Assembly: GCF_047300905.1 (NCBI RefSeq)
Contig: NZ_CP178552.1
DNA from: Escherichia coli
GTDB taxonomy: Bacteria; Pseudomonadota; Gammaproteobacteria; Enterobacterales; Enterobacteriaceae
Reading direction: 5' to 3' (one strand)
Length of the DNA stretch: 32,000 nt
Below, piece after piece: positions 26,201-32,000 of the stretch. Each line of letters begins with the position of its first letter. Within the stretch, counting starts at the first letter, position 1. The notes beneath the pieces were generated by a model, which did no database searches, was not told where the DNA came from, and worked only from the letters and a program-made list of their open reading frames with translations. The translations under genes were made by a program, and so were the position numbers.

Positions 26201-29200
26201 GCCGTCCTGACATCGGCAACAAACGTCACGTTCCGGCTCAGGCTGCTGCTGTTGATGCTGGCAGTGACCGCACTGGTGCCTGCCGTCTGGCTGGTGACAG
26301 AGATCTCCACCGTGCCGTCCGGCTGCGTGGTGACCGTCGGAGCAGTCGTGGCACCGTTGCCTGCCAACACGCTGACCGTCTGTCCGGCAAGCGCATTACC
26401 GAACGCATCGGTGACCTTCACCCGCAGCGTGTTCGCCATTGCACCGTCTGCCACTGAGTCGTCCTTAATGACCACCAGATCCGCGATCTTCGCCGTCCTG
26501 ACATCGGCGATAAATGTCACGTTCTGACTCTGAGTACTGCTGTTGATGGTTGCAGTGACTGCACTGACTCCCGCCGTCTGGCTGGTGACACTGATTTCCA
26601 CCGTGCCGTCCGGCTGCGTGGTGACCACCGGAGCAACCGTTGCGCCGTTGCCTGCCGTCACGCTGACCGTCTGCCCGGCAAGTGCATTCCCGAACGCATC
26701 GGTCACCCTCGCCCGCAGCGTATTCGCCATTGCACCGTCTGCCACTGAGTTATCCCGGGTGACCACCAGATCAGCGATCTTCGCCGTCCTGACATCCGCG
26801 ATAAACGTCACGTCCCGGCTCTGACTGCTGCTGTTGATACTGACGGTGACCGCACTGCTGCCCGCCGTCTGGCTGGTGACACTGATTTCCACCGTGCCGT
26901 CCGGCTGCGTGGTGACCACCGGAGCGACCGTTGCGCCGTTATCCGCCAACACGCTGACCGTCTGTCCGGCAAGTGCATTCCCGAACGCATCGGTGACCCT
27001 CACTTGCAGCGTATTCGCCGTCGCGCCGTCTGCCACCGCGTTATCCTGGCTAACGACCAGATCCGCGATCTGCGCCGTGCTGACATCCGCAATAAACGTC
27101 ACGTTCCGGCTCTGGCTGCTGTTGTTGATGCTGGCGGTGACCGCACTGGTTCCGGCGGTCTGGCTGGTGACACTGATCTCCACCGTGCCATCCGGCTGCG
27201 TGGTGACCGTCGGAGCAGTCGTTGCGCCGTTGCCTGCCAACACGCTAACCGTCTGCCCGGCAAGTGCATTCCCGAACGCATCGGTGACCCTCGCCCGCAG
27301 CGTGTTCGCCGTCGCGCCATCTGCCACTGAGCCGTCCTGCGTCACCACCAGCTCAGCGACCTGCGCCGTGCTAACATCAGCAATAAAGTTCACCGTTTTA
27401 CTATCGCTGCTTTGATTGATCTTCGCCTCAACAGTGCTGGCATCCGCTACGGTACTGCTCAGATCAACCTCTGCCATGCCATGCGCATCCGTCCTGATAT
27501 CTGCGCTCTGCCCTGCATTGGCAAATACAGCCGCCCCCTTCGTCACCGTAAAGGTGACGGTCTGCTCCGGCAGCACATTGCCAAACTGATCTTCCACCCG
27601 GACATTCACCGTATGTCGATCGCTGCCATTCGCCAGCACATCCGGGTTACCCGTTGTCACTTGCATCGCGACAATTTGTGCGCTGGCGGCATCGCCACTA
27701 ATACTGTAATCATTTGAAGTCAGAGCGTTCGCCCAGCCGGACATCTGTAGCTGTGCTTTTAAACCGGTGCCAGGGAGTAAGGCGGTATACGTTGCGGTAT
27801 AAATTCCTTTTTGATCTTCATTCCAGGCGATGCTTTCCGCTTTTGTATTTGGCAGCTGGATAGCCAGGTTGATAGCGTCTCGTTGCCCCCCGACCAGGTT
27901 TTCATAGCTATCCTTGAGTGTTACCGTAACTTTTATCGCGCCGCCCGCGGTGTAGGCCGTTTTGTCGGTAACGATGGAGGAATAAGCCAGCACAGCTCCG
28001 CTTTCGCGGATGGCATACGCATCGGATTGCTGCGCGCTACTCCATGTCGATAGTTTCAGCGTGGCGTAATGGCGATCGCCAGCAATCTTCGCGGTTCGGG
28101 TGGTGGTGTAAACGCCATCAGACTCTTCGCTCCAGTTACCCGTTTCATTTTTATCTGTACCGCTCACCTCGACCACACTGCTACCCGCCAGCAGCGAAGC
28201 CATCCCTTTCACCAGGTTTTTCTGCTCATCCATAAGGGTAACTGACACTTTTATCTTGCCACCCGCGGTGTATGACACATCGTCTGTCTTAATGGTGGAG
28301 GTCAGCTGCGAGATATCGCCAGTAATAAAACTCACTTCCACAGACTGACTACTGCCATTGATCTCGGCCTTGATAAGACTATTTACCGCCTGGTCACTGG
28401 CAAGGTTAACGCTGGCAATCCCGTCTTTATCTGTCGTCACAATACCGCCATTTGGATCGGCAAAAACCGCCGCACCATTCACGACCGTGAAGGTAACATT
28501 TTGTCCCTGCAGTAAATTTTGATGCACATCCCTGACCGTCACAGCGACGGTATTGTGATCGCGTCTGGCAACTGCGTTATTCGCGGTGATCTGCATCGCT
28601 GCGATTTTGGCGGTATCTTTATCACCCGCAATACTGAACGCATCCGAATGTTTGGTTTGCCAGCCCGGCATCGTCAGCTGGGCCGTTAATTTGTCGCCAA
28701 TGAGATGGGCCGTATAGCTTGCTTTGTAAATTCCCTCACTTTCTTCCGTCCAGGCACTAACGGCATCAGCCTTCGTGTTGTCAACTTTAACGGTTTGTTT
28801 GAGAAGTTCTTTTCGTCCGGTAACCCCGTTGCCGTTATCATCTCTCAGGGTCACTTTAACGACTATCGGCTTACCCGCGACGTAATTATCCTGGTCTGTC
28901 TCAATCGTGGAGTCAGCGCGGGATGCCGTATTCGCCACGATAGCAATCAGCGCTGGCGTCTTAGCGATATCGTCGCCGTTAAATTGCGGCATCAGCGATA
29001 ACGCGCCAGACGTCTTCCCGGCGGTAACTATTTGGGTATAGGTTCCGTTACCGTTGTCTTTCCATTCGCTTAAGGCGAAATCCTGCAAACCTTTCACCTG
29101 TGTTTTTAACGTCATACCTGGGATTGGCTTGCCGCTGGAATCTCGCGCGGTATAGGTCAGCGTTGAGGTTGATTTTCCATCAGCAAGCAGGATTTGCTGA

Positions 29201-30831
29201 TCGACAGAAAGCGTTGAATCGGCGAGGCTTAATGTGGGTTTTTCCACGACCACCATACTTTCTTCACGCCGGGAGAAATTTCCTTTCGAATCTTCCGCTG
29301 TAACCGCTATCGGGTAAGTGTTGTCGGTTTCAGGCATTGCCGTGAATCGGTAGGGAGGAATAGTGACCTGAATATCCTTGCCGGAAACAGCTACTTTTCC
29401 GCCCGCTGATTGCAGGGAGGCGGCTTCAATGTCATAACCTTTCAGCGCATATTTGGTTTGCAAGGAAGAAACCAGCGATTTAACCTCACCCGGCTTGCCT
29501 TTCAACGGATCGGTCAGCGTCAGCCGCACCAGCTCTTTCTTGCGATATTCGAGGACAATATTGTTATTACGATCGACCAGGTCATAGCGACTGCCCACAA
29601 GGCTGCGTCGTGCTGCAACTTCAGCCGGATCGAGCTGTTTTTGCAGTGAATGGCCGGGTTGCAACGTCAACTCCATACCAATTCGGGTGTCGTTTTCTCC
29701 CTGTTTGCCCTGCCGTTGCTCGGCACTAAAGGAGATCAGGGGAACGGGGGTGTAACTCAAACCTGCGGTAATCGCGTGAGGATCATTTTGTCGCTCGTCT
29801 TTACCAAACAGCGCCACTTCATCGCCATAATATTGTTCATAGACCAGCTTGCCGCCCAGCTGCGGCCAGGCCGGTAACCAGCCTTCGGCGCGAAGATCCC
29901 ACCCGTTCGCCGGACGTGCTTCATAGTCATTGTCGAGTTCCGGTGCACTACGCCAGTTACTGAGGCGCAGATAACCGTTGCCGCTCAGTTTCAGGTAATC
30001 GCGCCAGTATTCAACGCCCATCCCGGTTCGGGTGTGATAGCGGGTCAGGTCATGATCGATAAACATATTGACGCCAGACATCCAGCTCGATGTGAAATAA
30101 CGCCAGCCGATACCGTGGTTGGTTTGAGTGCGATCATCCGTACGGTGAAGTGTGTGCTGGCTGAAGACCAGGTTATCCGGCGTTTCGTACCAGGGATGGA
30201 GAAATTCAAATGACGAGCTTTTAAGGCTGAAATCTTCATCCACACCAAGAGATACCCGGGCAGTTCCCCAACGACTGAGCCAGTCCGTTGCCTGCGCAGA
30301 GGCAGAAGAAGCCACCCAGCCACGCGCCATACTCGCCGCCTGTTCGCTGTCCATATCGCGTGCTAAAAGTGTTCCGCTTTGCTGCGCCACTTCCGCGACC
30401 TGCATTTGCGGATCTTTGCCATCGCGCTCCATCTGCATTGCTTTCAGGTTGCGCGCTTCAGGGCTGTTACTGTTAATGAGGGGCACATCTATTTCATCGC
30501 CCTGACGCACATTGTCAAAGCCCCGCGCAAAGGTACGGAACTGATTCAGGCGACGTAATTCATCAACGGTGATACCAAAGCGTGCCGCGACCGTTGGTGG
30601 CGATTCCAACGCACCCAGGGTATATGGAATAGTTTTAACGTTCGGCAGGATCAGTGACGCGGCAGTATCCGAGTGCGCAGGATTAATATGCGTAGGGGCA
30701 GCAGCCATAACAGGGAATATAGTTTGTGTTATCAGGCAAATACCGGCGGTCAGACGACGTAAACGATCCCCCAATCCACATATGGTGTTATCGCCCCGAC
30801 GATCGCCATTCCCATGCGCTTTCCCTGCCAT
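20284..30831 (-). CDS. air: Giant inverse autotransporter adhesin (intimin/invasin family) with ~28-30 bacterial Ig-like modules, 3515 aa
   Basis: ATG is at 30831-30829 with SD AGGGA.
- N-terminus: a long signal-like segment and a LysM-like segment (PYTLGALESPPTVAARFGITVDELRRLNQFRTF...GDEIDVP).
- Inverse-autotransporter beta-barrel-like region: ...WLSRWGTARVSLGVDEDFSLKSSSFEFLHPWYETPDNLVFSQHTLHR...GMGVEYWRDYLKLSGNGY....
- Centre: two kinds of Ig-like modules, including 17 near-identical 97-aa repeats.
- C-terminus: a distinct ~150-aa domain with a Cys pair (lectin-like by analogy with intimin/invasin).

The name air/eaeX comes from my recollection of EAEC 042. Confidence 0.9.
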   Translation of the reverse strand: MAGKAHGNGDRRGDNTICGLGDRLRRLTAGICLITQTIFPVMAAAPTHINPAHSDTAASLILPNVKTIPYTLGALESPPTVAARFGITVDELRRLNQFRTFARGFDNVRQGDEIDVPLINSNSPEARNLKAMQMERDGKDPQMQVAEVAQQSGTLLARDMDSEQAASMARGWVASSASAQATDWLSRWGTARVSLGVDEDFSLKSSSFEFLHPWYETPDNLVFSQHTLHRTDDRTQTNHGIGWRYFTSSWMSGVNMFIDHDLTRYHTRTGMGVEYWRDYLKLSGNGYLRLSNWRSAPELDNDYEARPANGWDLRAEGWLPAWPQLGGKLVYEQYYGDEVALFGKDERQNDPHAITAGLSYTPVPLISFSAEQRQGKQGENDTRIGMELTLQPGHSLQKQLDPAEVAARRSLVGSRYDLVDRNNNIVLEYRKKELVRLTLTDPLKGKPGEVKSLVSSLQTKYALKGYDIEAASLQSAGGKVAVSGKDIQVTIPPYRFTAMPETDNTYPIAVTAEDSKGNFSRREESMVVVEKPTLSLADSTLSVDQQILLADGKSTSTLTYTARDSSGKPIPGMTLKTQVKGLQDFALSEWKDNGNGTYTQIVTAGKTSGALSLMPQFNGDDIAKTPALIAIVANTASRADSTIETDQDNYVAGKPIVVKVTLRDDNGNGVTGRKELLKQTVKVDNTKADAVSAWTEESEGIYKASYTAHLIGDKLTAQLTMPGWQTKHSDAFSIAGDKDTAKIAAMQITANNAVARRDHNTVAVTVRDVHQNLLQGQNVTFTVVNGAAVFADPNGGIVTTDKDGIASVNLASDQAVNSLIKAEINGSSQSVEVSFITGDISQLTSTIKTDDVSYTAGGKIKVSVTLMDEQKNLVKGMASLLAGSSVVEVSGTDKNETGNWSEESDGVYTTTRTAKIAGDRHYATLKLSTWSSAQQSDAYAIRESGAVLAYSSIVTDKTAYTAGGAIKVTVTLKDSYENLVGGQRDAINLAIQLPNTKAESIAWNEDQKGIYTATYTALLPGTGLKAQLQMSGWANALTSNDYSISGDAASAQIVAMQVTTGNPDVLANGSDRHTVNVRVEDQFGNVLPEQTVTFTVTKGAAVFANAGQSADIRTDAHGMAEVDLSSTVADASTVEAKINQSSDSKTVNFIADVSTAQVAELVVTQDGSVADGATANTLRARVTDAFGNALAGQTVSVLAGNGATTAPTVTTQPDGTVEISVTSQTAGTSAVTASINNSSQSRNVTFIADVSTAQIADLVVSQDNAVADGATANTLQVRVTDAFGNALAGQTVSVLADNGATVAPVVTTQPDGTVEISVTSQTAGSSAVTVSINSSSQSRDVTFIADVRTAKIADLVVTRDNSVADGAMANTLRARVTDAFGNALAGQTVSVTAGNGATVAPVVTTQPDGTVEISVTSQTAGVSAVTATINSSTQSQNVTFIADVRTAKIADLVVIKDDSVADGAMANTLRVKVTDAFGNALAGQTVSVLAGNGATTAPTVTTQPDGTVEISVTSQTAGTSAVTASINSSSLSRNVTFVADVRTAKIASLEVTQDNSVADGAMANTLRVKVTDAFGNALNGQTVSVMADNGATVAPTVITEPDGTVEISVTSQTAGTSTVTASINNSSQSRNVTFIADVRTAQIADLVVIKDGSEADGATANTLRARVTDAFGNALAGQTVSVLADNGATTAPTVITEPDGTVEISVTSQTAGISAVTATINNSTASQNVMFIADVRTAKIADLVVIKDDSVADGAMANTLQVKVTDANGNALAGQTVSVLAGNGATTAPTVTTQPDGTVEISVTSQTAGISAVTASINNSSQSRNVTFIADVSTAQIASLEVTQDNAVADGAMANTLLVRVTDAFGNTLAGQTVSVLADTGTTVAPTVITGLDGTVEISVTSQTAGTSAVTASINSSTASRNVTFVADVRTAKIADLVVIKDGSVADGAMANTLRVKITDAFGNTLAGQTVSVLADNGATTAPTVTTQPDGTVEISVTSQTAGISAVTATINNSTASQNVMFIADVRTAKIADLVVTRDNSVADGAMANTLQVKVTDANGNTLAGQTVSVLADNSATTAPTVITEPDGMVEISVTSQTAGTSAVTASINNSSLSQSVKFIADVSTAQIAMLEVTQDNAVADGAMANTLQVKVTDAFGNALSGQTVSVLAGNGATVAPTVITEPDGTAEIPVTSQTAGVSAVTATINNSSQSRNVTFVADVRTAQIADLVVIKDGSEADGATANTLRARVTDAFGNALAGQTVSVLADNGATVAPTVTTQPDGTVEISVTSQTAGISAVTASINSSSQSQNVTFVADVRTAKIADLVVIKDGSEADGSTANTLRVRVTDAFGNALNGQTVSVLAGNGATVAPTVITEPDGTAEIPVTSQTAGVSAVTATINNSSQSRNVTFVADVRTAQIADLVVIKDGSEADGATANTLRARVTDAFGNALAGQTVSVLAGNGATVAPTVITGQDGTVEISVTSQTAGVSAVTATINNSSQSRNVMFIADVRTAQIADLVVIKDDSVADGSTANTLRARVTDAFGNMLAGQTVSVLADNGATTAPTVITEPDGTVELSVTSQTAGTSAVTASINNSSQSRNVTFIADVRTAQIASLVVIKDGSEADGATANTLRARVTDAFGNALAGQTVSVSAGNSATVAPAVITEPDGTVEISVTSQTAGVSAVTATINNSSQSRNVTFIADVRTAQIADLVVTRDNSVADGSTANTLQVKVTDANGNTLAGQTVSVLAGNSATVASTVTTKPDGTVEISVTSQTAGTSTVTASINNSSQSQNVTFVPGDASQLTSTVETNKSNYTVGETITITVTLRDAFDNLVTGAASQLAANGVLAVDGTDPSETGSWVESGGVYTTTRMATIASTNQHANLQLQTWSDGVTSDRYDIQSGSPAQATSTIATDKNAYTAGDTITVAVTLKDAHGNQVEGGESLLSGDNVTVEGAVRSGGWSETAGVYTATWSAQMAGDSHHATLKLSEWGSSKQSESYSIHSGAPVQANSAIRTDKSAYIAGEPLTVTITLRDEFGNPALGLTSEVIESYIDNFAVGGATPDSMRWVEQNNGEYTIVWTAWVAEENLVASLKLKTWAEEIKSSLYGIQPGAAAKNQSTIVTDKTIYIAGDSITVTVVLKDAQGNFITDGVVQLNEENVQVRNADPIQGNNWVYNGNGQYQRQYMAHFAEANLNAQLKMAGWSDANYSNNYTIKPGEVSPLGSQLRIREVLVVEGADLPVSVLLVDDFGNPVDNGLDLLDDTVYLQNVEKKEGEKWRYVGDGIYERTYMAYQEGENLTSFMEIKGWRIYGQPSYTILPFVEVELLSVNGVKFRATDGFPETGFDGAKFTLLLTHNMKNTDYNWTAGIYGINVDSNGEVTLSVLIRSEVTITGKPKNGKGNDVVFKFKIKKWFTSLGATSSNTWDIINTSCSYGQMPSSLELAQRPSGGVVPRKVGTLWGEYGNLKIYGNAFSGTDYWTSTQLMGVHEKFNPETGISELGTGKSSGLCVEYY
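22438..27384 (-). repeat. Tandem array of 17 x 291 bp (97 codons each) inside air, Big_1-type Ig-like domain repeats
   Basis: Taking the unit as IADV...NVTF, the array spans exactly 4947 bp, which is 17 x 291. The 291-bp period is also visible as regularly spaced shadow ORFs (e.g. 24771, 25062, 25353, 25644). The unit consensus is IADVRTAQIADLVVIKDGSVADGATANTLRARVTDAFGNALAGQTVSVLAGNGATVAPTVTTQPDGTVEISVTSQTAGTSAVTASINNSSQSRNVTF. Confidence 0.92.
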
Positions 30832-31032
30832 TTGTCATCCCTGTCGCTATGCGTTCAGATTAAATGACCTTTCTTTAACATGAGGGAAAATGATGATTCA
30901 TGATTAGCAAATGATGAATACAGGCGGAATAATGGAAATAACAACAAGATAAGAACAATACCTGATCAAGGGTTATCAGGGGGAAGAACAGGAGAGCTTT
31001 CCCGCCAGAGCAATAACCCTCCTGTAAATACG

Positions 31033-32000
31033 TTACTTCATTTTCACCTTTGCGGTGACCAATAACGCCGTCAGCAACATCAATGTGCCGGACAACATCA
31101 ACGGCGAAGTCAGACCAATATTATCCAGCGCATAACCGCCGATTGCCGCGCCACAGGTATTAGCAAGCTGAATAACCGCCACCTGAATAGACCCGGCTTT
31201 TTCTGCCTGATCGGCCAGTGAGCGGGTGATCCACGTTGACCAGCCGACAGGAACCAATGCAAAAGTTAGCCCCCAGATAATCGCCACGCCGGTAGCAACG
31301 ATTTTATCGCTTCCCCACAACGTCAGCACCAACGCACTCACAGCCAGTATTAACGGCGCGCCTGCTAAGGCCAGTTTTACCGAACGTTTAAGAATGAACG
31401 ACGAAAGCGACGTACCAATAAAGCTGGCGATACCAAAACTCAACAGCACCAGCGTTAAGCCATCCACGCCGAATCCCGCCAGGTTCATATACACCGGGCG
31501 AATATACGTGAAGAAAGCAAACTGCCCGGCGAAAGACATGAAGATGGCGATCATCCCTGCCATCACACCCGGACGTTGTAATAAGCGGAAAGTATTTTGT
31601 TTCTGATGCGAGGGTTCGCCTGGCAGCGAAGGCAATGATTTGATAATCCAGAAAATACACAGCACGCCCATCACCGCCGCCGCATTAAAGACATTGCGCC
31701 AACCGATAAGCTCGCCTAAAAAACTGCCCAACGGTGCGGCAATCACCAGCGCAATAGAAACCGCGCCGAAGATCACCGACAGCGCCTTCGGCACCGTACG
31801 CGGCGGTACCAGACGCATGGTCAGCGACGCCGACATCGCCCAGAACCCACCCAGCGCCAGCCCCAGACAGGCACGACCGATTAAAAGCAAACTGAATGAG
31901 TTAGCAAAGGAAACCAGCAAGCAGGAGAGCGTCAGCAAAACGGCAAACAAAATAACAACATAGCGGCGGTCAGTGGCCTGAATGGTCTGGGTAATAAACA
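31033..32000 (-). CDS. nepI: MFS purine ribonucleoside efflux pump NepI (N-terminal part beyond window end)
   Basis: The track ORF begins at an internal TTG. The frame stays open to base 32000 (...[59 protein letters not shown]...), which I recognise as E. coli NepI (YicM). In K-12 it is the gene next to yicS. Confidence 0.9.

Noticed and set aside
22438-27384. Possibility that the regular repeat array is a CRISPR or other non-coding array
   Set aside because: There are no unique spacers between the units. The 291-bp period is a multiple of three, and the array is fully in frame within one ORF encoding Ig-like domains.
22412-27415. Very long plus-strand ORFs antisense to the air repeats (498, 576, 288, 93 and 193 aa), plus 60-aa minus-strand ORFs recurring every 291 bp
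   Set aside because: Their openness simply propagates with the 291-bp period of a GC-rich repeat that happens to lack stops in other frames. The products are monotonous Leu/Val/Ala/Thr strings, there are no independent RBSs, and they break exactly where repeat variants introduce stops. I treat them as shadows of the 3515-aa gene.
12947-31032. Flanking direct repeats or att sites for the eip/air island
   Set aside because: Comparing 12947-13247 with 30832-31032 by eye, I found only trivial 6-7 nt matches (for example ATCAGG). Nothing is defensible as an att core without a computational search.

Overview
This is an Escherichia coli-type chromosomal segment from the selC (tRNA-Sec) neighbourhood, in three blocks.

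(1) 1-8765: the right-hand part of a P4-type satellite prophage. It carries sid, divergent late-promoter dyads, a vis/AlpA-like gene, a CI-RNA (c4-type) immunity module, kil/icd-like and epsilon-like genes, orf151, orf106, the alpha primase-helicase and crr-like repeats. It ends in a 21-bp copy of the selC 3' end (attR). An intact 2639-bp IS21-family element with a perfect 7-bp target duplication sits inside one of the TGTTCACC origin iterons.

(2) 8766-12946: a RhuM-family gene scar followed by the conserved core genes setC, yicL, nlpA and yicS.

(3) About 12950-31030: an ~18-kb insertion between yicS and nepI.
- It carries an orphan SPI-1-like type III secretion translocon set (a SicA-like chaperone and SipB/SipC/SipD-like proteins) and a HilA-like regulator.
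- It also carries a 3515-aa inverse-autotransporter (intimin/invasin-family) adhesin whose centre is exactly 17 tandem repeats of 291 bp.
- From memory, this matches the eicA-eipBCD-eilA-air(eaeX) locus described next to selC in enteroaggregative E. coli 042.
- nepI runs off the right edge.

I could not defend any gene set here as a wholly undescribed system. All multi-gene modules map onto known families. The points most worth a second look are:
- the IS hit in the satellite origin;
- the readable seqA/seqB/seqC antisense logic;
- the injectisome-less translocon paired with a giant adhesin under one regulator;
- the recombination-prone repeat array;
- the function-unknown P4 ORFs.

All homology statements rest on my reading of the translations and on memory, not on database searches.
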